DNA of 64,000 bases from contig CBDCJV010000002.1 in the NCBI GenBank assembly GCA_965217895.1, forward strand, positions 3,616,001 through 3,680,000. Direction: 5' to 3'. The notes beneath the pieces were generated by a model. The model did no database searches and was not told the origin of the DNA. It saw only the letters and a program-made list of their open reading frames with translations. The first letter of the stretch is position 1; each line of letters starts with the position of its first letter. The position numbers and the translations under genes were made by a program. Below, piece after piece: positions 1 to 10,323 of this stretch. The DNA is from Waterburya sp. (GTDB lineage: Bacteria; Cyanobacteriota; Cyanobacteriia; Cyanobacteriales; Xenococcaceae).

Positions 1-506
1 ACATATGCCCAAATCCAGTTTAGACTCATGCGTTGAACAACAATTAGTGATGTGGTTACTATCGCTGCCACCAATAATTGATAAAAGTAACTGGTGGTAT
101 AAAATCTGACAATAATCGGCGCTATAGATAAATGAGCCAAAAAAACTGCCTTAATTGAATTAAAGATATTCCTGCTTTTATCACCCTTACGGTATAAGTT
201 AAAGGCATAAAACAGACAAAGCATAAATACCAAGACAGTTAGAAACAAACTAAGCTTTTCAGACTCTTGCCAGACTGTAGTTAAGCTAAATTGATGCCAT
301 CTATGACCCAAAGAAATAGACCAGCCAAGGCAGAGTGCTAAACTATCCAGCACAAGCAAAACAATTATTTTGAATCTGTAGGAAAACTCTTTCTCGGCTA
401 ATTTTAAATATCCTGGAGATCTAAGATCTCTACCCTTAGCTATCTCATTATTTAAATAATTTTTACCTACTCCATAGTCTGGAGTCCTGGAAAACTTGTC
501 TAACAT
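1..506 (-). CDS. Partial (runs off window) membrane protein, likely N-terminus of an exopolysaccharide priming sugar transferase (WcaJ-like)
   Basis: Manually translated from ATG at 506: MLDKFSRT...DLRSPG...IIVLLVLDSLALCLGW...FNLYRKGDKSR..., open to the window edge with several hydrophobic helices; not in the ORF track. Confidence 0.6.
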   Translation of the reverse strand, partial: MLDKFSRTPDYGVGKNYLNNEIAKGRDLRSPGYLKLAEKEFSYRFKIIVLLVLDSLALCLGWSISLGHRWHQFSLTTVWQESEKLSLFLTVLVFMLCLFYAFNLYRKGDKSRNIFNSIKAVFLAHLSIAPIIVRFYTTSYFYQLLVAAIVTTSLIVVQRMSLNWIWAY

Positions 507-874
507 AACTTGGTAATTGGTTTAGTTTAAAGTTCTAAATCAAATCGCTTAAATATCAGGAAGTAGTCTTACCAACTACCAACTGCTTAATATAACTAGT
601 TATAAAGCTAAATGCTCCAACTAACAACAATTTGACAGCATCCTAATTAAAGGATAATTGAGCTTCAAAAAACACTAATTAAGTATTTGCATAAATAATA
701 ACTAAAATGATAACTAAGTGTTTCCATTTACGGAATAATACGTAAGTCATTAACAATGTATAACCTAAGCCTTATGGTGCTGTCAATGGCTTCACGTAAA
801 ACTATCTCTTGCTTTACTCAAACTTTACTAGGCATGAAGATAATAGTTAAAAACTCTAAGTACAAAATGCGTAA

Positions 875-3400
875 CTAAAAAATATCTTTTCGTCGCTGTA
901 TTATCAAAGCCATAGTTGTATAAATTAGGGTATGAGCAATCAAAATTCCCCAATTTAAACCGAGATTTTCCCATGTAGCATTGTATACAGGAGTGGATTT
1001 GAATATTTCATCCAGCATTTGGGGACTCAAAGTTGAGTTAGGCTTTGGTGCCATAGCGTTAATGTCTGCTAACGAACCATATGCTCCAATTGACCAGCGA
1101 CTAAGCATTAACCAAGAAAGTTTGCCAGACCAGCCTTCTAAAGTAAATAAAACTCCAGAAAAAATAATTTGGGGAATCATTATTAAAGGTAAAATACCAT
1201 TACCTTCATTTTCAGTTTTAACCAATGCAGAAAGCATCAAACTAAGACTAGTGCTAGCTAGCAGAGTCAAAAAAGTAGTGATAGCGAAACCGACTGACCA
1301 CGGGATTAAATTAGATTGAGGAGCTTTGAAAATCAGTAAGACTACAGCAGTAATTAAGATAGTTTGAGCGATCGCCAGACCACCACGAATAAAAAGTTTT
1401 GAAGTAACATAAGGCAATAAGCCGAGATTAAGTAGCCGTTCACGAAAATATATTGCCCTTTCCTTGACTATTTCGCGAATCGAGTTAGACAATCCGATCC
1501 AAATAGCCACACAGCTAAAGATAAACAGCAAGCGCAGTGCCAGAGAAGCCTGAGTAACGCTTGGAGGATCGACAATACTCAAAGGCTGCTCATTACGTAA
1601 CGGGAAGCCAGTTAGGGCAATAGTAACTGGCCCAGCCAGTAAAGTTAATACCAGACTAGTCCTATCTCTGCTGACTAACTTCCAGTAGCGTTGACAGAGT
1701 AAAAATAGTTGAGTCAAAGCTGAAACACCTGTTTTTGAGGCATTTGATTTGACTACCTGCTGATTTTCTTTGCCTGGAGAAAGAGAATTTTGAATATAGG
1801 TCTTATATTCTGGAGAATTAGTGTATTTTTCTGACCAATACTTGACTCTTTGGGCGATCGCCACTTTATTTTTGCCCTTATTAAGTTCAATGTAAATATC
1901 GGCAAAGTCGTCAAATTTCTCAGCTAGGAAATTACCTGAATGCTGTTGAAAAAAGCTGAGTGCTAATTTTGGAGGACCATAGTAACAAAGACTACCTCCT
2001 AAACCCAGAAAGGCAATGCGATCGCAAATATCAATATTATCTGTAGCATGGGTAACCAGGGCAATAGTCCGACCACGATCTGCCTGTTCTCTAAGCAAGA
2101 CCATCATTTCTTTGTCTAAACCAGGATCTAATCCTGAAGTAGGTTCATCTAAGAAAAAAAGCTTGGGATCGGCTAATAGCTCAACTCCAATACTTACCCG
2201 TTTGCGTTGACCGCCACTTAGCCTAGAAACCAAAGTATGACGAACGTGAGAAAGTCTGATCTGTTCTAAGGTGTTGCCAATTACCGTCTTAACATCTGTA
2301 TCAGGAGGAAGGCGTAACTGACAAGCACTACCTAACACCTCTTCTACAGTCAGGTCGCAATGGATAATGTCATCTTGGGGAACATAACCCACCTGAGAGC
2401 GGTAAATTGCCCAGTTCTGGCGGAGATTATCACCATTAAGATAAACATTACCAGAAGAGATAGGAGCAATACCTAATAGAGCTTTCATCAAAGTGGATTT
2501 ACCTGCACCACTGCCACCTACAAAAGCCACTAGCTGACCTGGTTCAAGCACCAGATCGACATTATTAAGAATCGTCAAAGTTTCGCCTTTTTTGTTTTTG
2601 AATCTAAAGATTAACTCGTGAGCATCGAGGCGAATCTGATTATTAGCGTTAGTTAACTCTAAAGCCTCTCCTGTAAAAAGTAGGACATAAAGACCAATTT
2701 GCACCGTATCCCCTTTGTTTAGTAGGTATCGCTTCTCTAGCCGATTACCGTTGACAAAAGTACCGTTGCTGCTATGGTCTTGCAAAAGATAGTTGCCTTT
2801 GCCATCGGGGTTAATAGTGGCGTGAAGACGAGATACCGTTGGCGCATCTAACTCCATGACAGAACTGCTATAAGGGTTTGGCGATCGCCCTAATTCTACA
2901 GGCCAATTCTGCAATCCTTTAAGATTTAAACGTCGTACCCTAGGCATAGTCATTTCACTACGCTTAGGATTATAGTAGGTCAAAATTATCTGCTGACGGG
3001 GATCTTGGCCTACCTGTAGTTGCTCACCGTTTTTGAGAATATGTCCTTGGGTAAGATTTATCCGTAACTGATTGATAAAAATACCATTACCGCTAGCTTT
3101 TTGACTGTGGCGATCGCCATCATAGATCCGAAAATTGTTACCTTCTTTGGCAATAATGGCTTGCCTACGAGAGATAACTTTCCATTCTCTAGGAATCTGC
3201 ATATTTGCCCACTCATGATCTCGTCCCAGATAGTTGATGTCCTGGGTCAGATTGAGAATCTTTTTTTGCCCCTGATTGTCTAACTCAATATACGGTCTGC
3301 CGACAGTTGCCAAAATCGTTTCTCTAGAGGATCTATCACTCATCGCCTGCAAATAAATCGTGATTTTAGTTAAATTCCTGATTTCTGACTTCATTCTCAA
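875..3400 (-). CDS. FHA-FHA-ABC ATPase-ABC2 permease fusion transporter (Rv1747-like architecture)
   Basis: Two FHA motifs (LGR..ISRRQA..SGNG; LGR..VSRLHA..SSNGTFVNG), Walker A GGSGAGKS, signature LSGGQ, Walker B FFLDEP, C-terminal TM helices; true start is probably the internal MSDRSS. Confidence 0.9.
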   Translation of the reverse strand: MRMKSEIRNLTKITIYLQAMSDRSSRETILATVGRPYIELDNQGQKKILNLTQDINYLGRDHEWANMQIPREWKVISRRQAIIAKEGNNFRIYDGDRHSQKASGNGIFINQLRINLTQGHILKNGEQLQVGQDPRQQIILTYYNPKRSEMTMPRVRRLNLKGLQNWPVELGRSPNPYSSSVMELDAPTVSRLHATINPDGKGNYLLQDHSSNGTFVNGNRLEKRYLLNKGDTVQIGLYVLLFTGEALELTNANNQIRLDAHELIFRFKNKKGETLTILNNVDLVLEPGQLVAFVGGSGAGKSTLMKALLGIAPISSGNVYLNGDNLRQNWAIYRSQVGYVPQDDIIHCDLTVEEVLGSACQLRLPPDTDVKTVIGNTLEQIRLSHVRHTLVSRLSGGQRKRVSIGVELLADPKLFFLDEPTSGLDPGLDKEMMVLLREQADRGRTIALVTHATDNIDICDRIAFLGLGGSLCYYGPPKLALSFFQQHSGNFLAEKFDDFADIYIELNKGKNKVAIAQRVKYWSEKYTNSPEYKTYIQNSLSPGKENQQVVKSNASKTGVSALTQLFLLCQRYWKLVSRDRTSLVLTLLAGPVTIALTGFPLRNEQPLSIVDPPSVTQASLALRLLFIFSCVAIWIGLSNSIREIVKERAIYFRERLLNLGLLPYVTSKLFIRGGLAIAQTILITAVVLLIFKAPQSNLIPWSVGFAITTFLTLLASTSLSLMLSALVKTENEGNGILPLIMIPQIIFSGVLFTLEGWSGKLSWLMLSRWSIGAYGSLADINAMAPKPNSTLSPQMLDEIFKSTPVYNATWENLGLNWGILIAHTLIYTTMALIIQRRKDIF

Positions 3401-3637
3401 CCAATATTTAAAATTTGAAGTGAAAAATTTTCAGAAAACTTAGAAATAATAGGCTCAATCAGACTATCTTGAAAGCAGCATTATGTAGTATTTTGAGTAA
3501 AGAATCAAAAAACATGACTAGCTTTTTAGATAATAATTTCAGCGTCAAACTTGCTTAAGAATGCTGAAAGAAATCTATAGGAAAGTGTATGGACTATTTC
3601 CCAATCAAAACTAGTACATTTATATCTTGGTCGATTA

Positions 3638-4828
3638 ATGATTCCTCGCCAAAATACAGTCGAAGTTTTTTCTACTTTTATCCAATTTGACGGCGATCGC
3701 TTTCATAGCTGGGCAACAGATGCTCATTTACGACGGAGTATGAGGCAATCCCTAGACAAAATAGCTTCAGGAAGTTCTCTTAGTTTCTGGGCGTTGTATT
3801 GGCATCAAATTTGGCGGGAGCAGCCTGAAGGACTAGCTAGAGATCATTTAGCTGCTTACTTACAAGAAGTCTGTTTCTGGTCAGCGACCAAAACTATAGG
3901 TGGCTTTACAAGCAGCCAATATACTATACCAGACTGTTTTCAGATGGCGATCGCCAGTGTTGACAAGGTTCTCAAAGGATTTGACCCAGAACGAGGATTT
4001 AAGCTTAAAAGCTATGCCAGCATTACGTTTAGCAACTTGATTCGCGAGCTATTGAGACAAAAGAAAGAAATTGACATTTGTTCTGACTGGTCGCTGTTAC
4101 GCAAATTAAGCCAAAAAAGAATGACAGAAGCCTTGGCTAGTGCGGGACTCGATTCTGAAGTAATTGCCAGCTATGTATTAGCTTGGAACTGTTTAAAAAC
4201 CATATATGTACCAAAACGCCCTAGTTCGACTCGCAAATTACCAAAGCCTGAACCTGAAACCTGGAAAGCGATCGCGCTTCTCTACAACCAAGAGCGTCAA
4301 AGCCAATTACAGCATCCCACACAAGCTGCTACTGCCGATAATATAGAAAAATGGATGCTAATTTGCGCCAAGGCTGCTCGTGCTTTTTTGTTTCCTAACG
4401 TTATATCTATTAATAAGCCTAAACCTGGATATGAATCGGGAGAAATTGTTGATTCTATTGTGGGTGAAGTAGAAGACTCTCTTTTGAGCGACATGATTGC
4501 TAAAGAGGAAGTATACCAGCGAAGTCAACAGCAAACAGATATTAATCAGTTTTTGACTGGTGCTGTTGCTCAATTAAAACCAGAATCGCAAAAGTTACTA
4601 GAGCTTTACTACTCCCAAGGACTCAAACAGGCAGACATTGCCCTGGAATTGAAAACTCAACAATACACGATTTCTCGCCAGCTATCTAAAGCCAGAAAAG
4701 TATTGCTAAAAGCTTTAGCACAATGGACTCAAGAAAAACTGCATATATCTTTGACCTCGGACGTACTCGACAACATAAGCTCATTATTAGAAGAATGGTT
4801 AGCTAGTTATTATGGCAGCGACCAATAA
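3638..4828 (+). CDS. Cyanobacterial sigma-70 family alternative sigma-like protein
   Basis: Region-2-like KGFDPERGFKLKSYA and region-4 HTH LELYYSQGLKQADIA...TISRQLSKARK; upstream of a DUF1822 gene, the usual pairing. Confidence 0.75.
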   Translation: MIPRQNTVEVFSTFIQFDGDRFHSWATDAHLRRSMRQSLDKIASGSSLSFWALYWHQIWREQPEGLARDHLAAYLQEVCFWSATKTIGGFTSSQYTIPDCFQMAIASVDKVLKGFDPERGFKLKSYASITFSNLIRELLRQKKEIDICSDWSLLRKLSQKRMTEALASAGLDSEVIASYVLAWNCLKTIYVPKRPSSTRKLPKPEPETWKAIALLYNQERQSQLQHPTQAATADNIEKWMLICAKAARAFLFPNVISINKPKPGYESGEIVDSIVGEVEDSLLSDMIAKEEVYQRSQQQTDINQFLTGAVAQLKPESQKLLELYYSQGLKQADIALELKTQQYTISRQLSKARKVLLKALAQWTQEKLHISLTSDVLDNISSLLEEWLASYYGSDQ

Positions 4829-4854
4829 GAAAAAATATTTTAACTGGGAGTAAG

Positions 4855-6033
4855 TTGATGACCGCTGCCGACCAAAGTTTGTTTAACCCGACTCAATTAG
4901 TTTTGGAACTTGAGCCAGCTACAGCAGAAGCAGCTTGGAAAAGCCAAAATACTGCTAACTCCAATAGTCGCTGGCAAAGCTATCTCAATCAGATAGCCTT
5001 AAACGTCTTTTTACCTTGGTTACAGGCAGAAGAAGATGCTACAGCCAAGGCTGGTTTTAATAGAGCCACTCAGGCTGATATTTGGGAAATGGTCAACGGT
5101 ACGGCAATTAGGTTTAAAGATGCAAAACTAATTTTGATTCCCACCGAGACAGAGGATCTAAGCGAGTTACGAGTTGCTCAAGAATGGATTGACATTCCTG
5201 GATGGACAGCAGACTACTACTTAGCAGTGCAGGTGAATATTGATGCTGGTTATGTCCGCATCTGGGGTTATACAACTCACCAAAAGCTAAAAAATAACGG
5301 CATTTTTAGCCAAAGCGATCGCACCTATAGTTTAAATGATGATCGATTAATTACTGATCTAAATGTTTTATGGGTCGCCAGAGAGTTATGCCCACAAGAA
5401 GTCACCCAGGTTGCAGTTGAGCCAATTGCTCCTATCCCCCAGGTTCAGGCTGAAAATTTGATTGAGCGTTTGGGTAGCCAGTCTCAATTAATGCCTAGGT
5501 TGGCTGTTCCCTTCTTCACTTGGGCTGCTTTAATGCAAAACAAAACCTGGTGCCGAAATTTAGCCAAAGTCCGTCGCGGTGTCCCTGCTAAGGCTCCAAT
5601 ATTACAATGGTTACAGCAAGGTGCGAGCAGCTTGTCGGCAGAATTAGGCTGGAGACAGATTGAAATGACACCTAGTACCCTAGGTGCAAGAAGTGTAGCT
5701 ACTCCTGAAGCAACTAAAGATGTGCCTATTGTTGGTTTGGCAAAGCAAATTGCGATCGCAAATCAACCTTATGAATTAAGAATTTTACCCTTAAGCAAAG
5801 CAGGTTCATGGCGTTTTGAACTGTGCTGCCTAACTCCTGGCTGTATGATTCCCTCTGGCTTTAAGTTGAAATTGCTTACGGTGGATCTAAAGGGATTTGC
5901 AGGTAATGAAGATCTAGCCAACGAACCTGTAGAACAACTGTTGATAGAAGTAGACTTAGAGCCAGGAGAATCTTTAGTTTGCCAAGTAGAACCAACACCT
6001 GATAACTATCAAGCAGAAGTTTTGCAGTTTTAG
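4855..6033 (+). CDS. DUF1822 family protein
   Basis: Motifs WEMVNGTAI, LRVAQEWIDIPGWTADYYLAVQV and VRIWGYTTH. Confidence 0.8.
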   Translation: MMTAADQSLFNPTQLVLELEPATAEAAWKSQNTANSNSRWQSYLNQIALNVFLPWLQAEEDATAKAGFNRATQADIWEMVNGTAIRFKDAKLILIPTETEDLSELRVAQEWIDIPGWTADYYLAVQVNIDAGYVRIWGYTTHQKLKNNGIFSQSDRTYSLNDDRLITDLNVLWVARELCPQEVTQVAVEPIAPIPQVQAENLIERLGSQSQLMPRLAVPFFTWAALMQNKTWCRNLAKVRRGVPAKAPILQWLQQGASSLSAELGWRQIEMTPSTLGARSVATPEATKDVPIVGLAKQIAIANQPYELRILPLSKAGSWRFELCCLTPGCMIPSGFKLKLLTVDLKGFAGNEDLANEPVEQLLIEVDLEPGESLVCQVEPTPDNYQAEVLQF

Positions 6034-6289
6034 GTAGGTTGTTTCTTTATCATTTTTTAATTAATTTTATTTACCTACCTAGATATTATTATGTCCGATA
6101 CAGAACAGATATTACTTGAAATTTATGCAAAACTGCTTTAAACAACGCAAATTAAGAGTCCCATTTAAATAGTCGGATTTACTAAATTGATTAGGTTTGG
6201 TTAGGTAACTAGATCTAGATGCTAGTTTAAGTTGGGTATTACTGGCGTTTGCCCAACTTTTTATCTCAAAAAATTTTGGTGTCAGCCGT

Positions 6290-6721
6290 TTGAATCATTC
6301 CAAAATAAAAGCAACAGAAACATTGAATAAAAAAGGTTATACCAGTGTTTCTTATGTATTGGTTGTTGCGGATAACCAAGATGATCTATATCTCATCGGC
6401 TATATTCTAGAAGGAATGAATCTCAAATGTTACGGAATTAGTGACAGCGAACGAGTTCTAGATTTAGCAAGAGATAAAACACCTGACTTTATTGTTTTAG
6501 ACATAGTTATGCCTAAAATGTCTGGATTCGATCTTATTAGGCAGCTTAAATCTAATATATTCACTAGAGATATTCCAGTTATTGCAGTGACAGGATTAAA
6601 TAAATTTTATTATCAATCAAAAATTGAAAGCGCAGGTTTTGATGATTGTATTTATAAACCTTTTGCTCTTGAAGACTTTAAAGCCAAGCTAAAGTCTTCT
6701 TTTGTAAAGTTTGATTTCTAA
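6290..6721 (+). CDS. Single-domain response regulator
   Basis: VLVVADN, IVLDIVMP phospho-Asp and YKPF. Confidence 0.85.
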   Translation: MNHSKIKATETLNKKGYTSVSYVLVVADNQDDLYLIGYILEGMNLKCYGISDSERVLDLARDKTPDFIVLDIVMPKMSGFDLIRQLKSNIFTRDIPVIAVTGLNKFYYQSKIESAGFDDCIYKPFALEDFKAKLKSSFVKFDF

Positions 6722-7070
6722 AAACCATCCTTTGCTATTTAAATCTTATTATTAAACGAATCAATATTATGTATTTAAGATAATATCTTCTGTTTTTAAG
6801 CCAATCGAAAATGCCATACTGGCTAGCTTAGTAAAGCTTAGTCTAAACTTGGTAATAATCTACAGCTATATTGCCTATAATTATAGTAGAACACTTTTTA
6901 GTTTTGAAACTAGAATCTGAAAAAATTTATCGGTCTTTAGATAGACGATCTTCATCCAAAGTCATGAGATATTGATATTAGGAAAAAAGTCTTTAAGAAT
7001 CGTGTTTCAGCAAAACTAAAGTCTTTTTTTATTAACATATCAACTTTCGATAAATGGCGAAAGAAAATTC

Positions 7071-8051
7071 ATGAATAGTACCTCTCACAAACGTGCTGCT
7101 GGTTTATTTCATAGTCGAGACAAAGCAGAGTCAGCAGTCCGCGATCTTAAAGATAGTGGCTACGATATGCACAAAGTCTCGATCGTCGCAAAAGATGCTG
7201 ACCAAATAGATGGTGTTGAAACCACGGAAAAAATAGGTAATAAAGCTGACGATGGTGCTACCACTGGTGCATTAACAGGCGGTACTTTAGGCGGCATTAC
7301 TGGTTTATTAGTTGGTTTAGGTACATTAGCAATTCCTGGTATTGGACCAATCTTGCTTGCAGGAGCAGGAGCAACAACCATCGCTACAACCCTCGCAGGA
7401 GCAGGTATTGGCGTAGCAGCAGGCGGATTAGTGGGTGCTTTAGTAGGATTAGGCATTCCTGAAGAGAAAGCCAAGATCTATAGAGATAGGGTCAAAGATG
7501 GCAGCTTTCTGGTGATGGTTAACGGCACAGAAGCAGAAATTGCTCGTGCAGACGCAATTATGCATCATCATGGTATTGAAGAATTCGGTATTTATGATGC
7601 AACCGTAGCAGAACCAACCGTAGGTGCAAACATAGCCCATATAGATGAAGATATTAAAACCAGAACTGATCTTGCTGACAGCGAAAAAATTAAGCTATAT
7701 GAAGAACGCCTGACGGTTAACAAACAGCGTGCCAAAACAGGAGAGGTTTCTATTGGCAAGCGAGTTGAAACCGAAACAGCCAACGTATCTGTACCTGTGG
7801 AAAAAGAGCGTCTTGTAATTGAACGCAAAAACGTCACAGGAAAAACAGTTAGTCCTGGAATTCACTTTGGAGATGGGGAAACAGTAAGCGTCGATCTTTA
7901 TGAAGAAACTGCCACGATTAATAAGCAAACTTTTGTTCGTGAAGAAGTTAAGGTTCACAAAGAAGTAGACCAAGAAACTGTACGCAAGAGTGAAACTATT
8001 CGTCGCGAAGAATTAGAGATAGATGAAGAAGGTGATGTAATCCGACACTAA
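7071..8051 (+). CDS. General stress protein: Gly-zipper N-terminal domain plus YsnF/AvaK (DUF2382) domain
   Basis: GGLVGALVGLGIPEEKA; LYEERLTVNK...GEVSIGKRVETE...VREEVKVHK. Confidence 0.8.
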   Translation: MNSTSHKRAAGLFHSRDKAESAVRDLKDSGYDMHKVSIVAKDADQIDGVETTEKIGNKADDGATTGALTGGTLGGITGLLVGLGTLAIPGIGPILLAGAGATTIATTLAGAGIGVAAGGLVGALVGLGIPEEKAKIYRDRVKDGSFLVMVNGTEAEIARADAIMHHHGIEEFGIYDATVAEPTVGANIAHIDEDIKTRTDLADSEKIKLYEERLTVNKQRAKTGEVSIGKRVETETANVSVPVEKERLVIERKNVTGKTVSPGIHFGDGETVSVDLYEETATINKQTFVREEVKVHKEVDQETVRKSETIRREELEIDEEGDVIRH

Positions 8052-8305
8052 ATCGGCTGTAATAACACGATTGTGCAAAATGCCCAGAAACATAATCTCT
8101 GGGTAAAAAATGGAACTAGATTCAACTTTATAAAAATTTAATAGAACTTACGCACCCAGTCTCAACTTGAAACTGGTAGGGATCAAAGAATTTATTTCGC
8201 CCACTCCTTCTACTAAAACCTTGATTTTGAATCTTCAACTTATGTTAATTCGATTACCACAATCGTTTAATCAACTGAATTTTTATCAAATTAAGAGGAA
8301 ATATA

Positions 8306-8758
8306 ATGAACAAACTAACAGTACTTTTAATGGGCAGTATTTTACTTTTCGGTACAGTGAGCTGTAATGCATCCAGAACAAGCTCAGATGCCCCTACTTC
8401 TAATAATGGCAAAGTAGAACAGGCAACAGACGTGAAAAATACAAAAGAAGACTCTAGCAGTAAAATTCGTCAAAATCAGTTAAATTCTGATATTCGCGCT
8501 AGAGAACAACGCAATGATATGGCTGGCGATCGCACTAAAAGAGCCGATGCCGATCTCGAAAGCGAAGTTAGGGCAAAGTTAGAAGCTAATATCCCTCGCG
8601 CCGAGCTGACTGTCAAAGCTAATGATGGTAATGTAGTTATTCTAGGAACAGTTCCCGATCAAAAAGAGTTCAATACCATTGAACCTTTAACCAAAGAAAT
8701 TCTTGGTGTTGATAAGGTCAATGTCAAAGGAGTTAAAATCGTAGCCACCAAATCATAA
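8306..8758 (+). CDS. BON-domain lipoprotein
   Basis: Lipobox-like GTVSC; DADLESEVRAKL..LTVKANDGNVVILGTVP. Confidence 0.75.
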   Translation: MNKLTVLLMGSILLFGTVSCNASRTSSDAPTSNNGKVEQATDVKNTKEDSSSKIRQNQLNSDIRAREQRNDMAGDRTKRADADLESEVRAKLEANIPRAELTVKANDGNVVILGTVPDQKEFNTIEPLTKEILGVDKVNVKGVKIVATKS

Positions 8759-8910
8759 GCAAGTCGATTGCTTTGTCAGTGAGGACAGTTGCAGTTGCTC
8801 TAATAATATCTGTTCTCACTAGTTTTGAAAATATAAGGATATGCCAGGCTAAGTTTGCAAGTAATCTGTGACTATTTAGAATCTTTATTGGGCAGTCGCG
8901 TAAGATATTG

Positions 8911-8939
8911 GCGATGCCTACGGCTAACTTCGTAATCGC
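8911..8939. repeat. HIP1 site split by a 21-nt insertion (SDR1-like small dispersed repeat)
   Basis: GCGAT[GCCTACGGCTAACTTCGTAAT]CGC. Confidence 0.6.
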
Positions 8940-8976
8940 CTAAATCAGCAATAGCTTAATTATTAACACAAAATAC

Positions 8977-9285
8977 TTGGAGTTTTCTATGTCTTCTTTT
9001 GATCGAGGTACTCTCGTAACCATCATTTGCGAAATGGTTTTACAAGACCGTTTAATTAAGTTAATGAAAACATTAAATGTCTCTGGATATACAATCATTC
9101 CAGCACAGGGAGCAGGTAGCCATGGTAAACGGATGGGAGATGTAGCAGGCTACAATACCAACATTGAAGTCAAAACAGTTGTTACTCCCGAAATATCCGT
9201 TCAATTGCTGGAAAATTTAGCAAACCTTGCCCAAAATCATGCTTTAATCGCCTTCAGGCAAAATGTAGAGGGTCTATTTAATTAG
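8977..9285 (+). CDS. PII-like (SbtB-type) signalling protein
   Basis: LVTIICE..., SGYTIIPAQGAGSHG and NIEVKTVV; likely ATG start at 8989. Confidence 0.7.
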   Translation: MEFSMSSFDRGTLVTIICEMVLQDRLIKLMKTLNVSGYTIIPAQGAGSHGKRMGDVAGYNTNIEVKTVVTPEISVQLLENLANLAQNHALIAFRQNVEGLFN

Positions 9286-9384
9286 CATCAAGCATCATCT
9301 TAACAAGCCGATGCAAATTTTAATATCTAAAACTAATGAAAATTCTGCTCCAGCAATAAAATATAAAACAGCAACCAGCAACCC

Positions 9385-9452
9385 TAATGGGACAATAGTT
9401 AGGCTGTGAATTGTGTCAACTAGTTAAATTTAGTCAAAATGACTGCGATCGC
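9385..9452 (+). repeat. Left direct repeat of TA/rmuC island (diverged copy of glcE upstream region and start, 13930-14001)
   Basis: TAATGGGACAATAGTTA.GCTG...CTAGTTA.ATTTAG.CAAAATGAC..TGCGATCGC occurs at both positions. Confidence 0.8.
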
Positions 9453-9583
9453 CTCTCCTCTTTTTCTTCAGCTTTAACTTGCTATCAATAATTGGACAGA
9501 TTCAACTAGTAATAAACCACAAAGCTGTCTTGCAAAATTCATTTTGTTATTATAATGAATGTTATAATATTATACCGAATCAT

Positions 9584-9808
9584 ATGTATACACTCAAGTT
9601 AACTACAGTAGGTTCTTCAACAGGAGTTGTTATTCCTAAAGAAATGCTCAAAAGCATGAAGCTAGAGAAAGGAGATTCTCTTTATGCAGTAGAAACTCCC
9701 GAAGGATATGTTTTAACTCCTTACAATCGAGAAGTGGAGGCACAAATTAAAAAAGGTCGCATCTTTATGAAGCAGTATCGAGAAACTTTTAAAGCCTTAG
9801 CAGAGTGA
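9584..9808 (+). CDS. AbrB/MazE-type antitoxin (partner of Doc)
   Basis: MYTLKLTTVGSSTGVVIPKEML...LTPY...YRETFKALAE; start moved to ATG 9584; stop overlaps toxin GTG. Confidence 0.85.
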   Translation: MYTLKLTTVGSSTGVVIPKEMLKSMKLEKGDSLYAVETPEGYVLTPYNREVEAQIKKGRIFMKQYRETFKALAE

Positions 9809-10193
9809 ATTCTCCGATTTGGATCGATCCTCAAGCATTTCGTTTACTTCAGAGTGAAAGTCTTGCAGAATATGGTGGACTCCAGAAATGAGAAACGAAA
9901 GTCTACTTGTGTCTGCTTTAGCACGTCCACAGAATCTTTTTGCCTACGAACAAGTAACTGATATATGCCGATTAGCTGCTGCTTACGCTTACGGGATCAC
10001 CAAAAATCACTCTTTTATAGATGGTAATAAACGCGCTGCTTTTCTCTCTATTGGTTTGTTTCTAGCGTTAAATGGTTTTAATTTGCAAGTAGAGCAGCAA
10101 GAAGCGGTCAAGACAATACTATCCTTAGCTGCGGGAGATTTGGATGAGTCAGCATTAACAAATTGGATTGCCAAGTATAGTGTAAGTCTATGA
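9805..10193 (+). pseudogene. Doc/Fic (death-on-curing) toxin, frameshifted
   Basis: GTG 9805 gives NSPIWIDPQAFRLLQSESLAEYGGL then a stop; the remainder (MRNESLLVSALARP...NHSFIDGNKR) lies in another frame, consistent with one base missing near 9881. Confidence 0.8.
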
Positions 10194-10323
10194 TTGCAAA
10201 AAGCGATGTCTTCAACTAGCTTCGCGAGCGCATCTCTTATTTTGACTCAACTTTAACTTATTACTAATCAATTGTTTAATGTTATTGAATAAATAATAAT
10301 TTTATTATGCTATTCAGAGAAGA

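Noticed and set aside
9479..9583. N-terminal extension of the antitoxin ORF in the track
   Set aside because: AT-rich promoter/operator-like sequence; the family-typical N-terminus begins at ATG 9584
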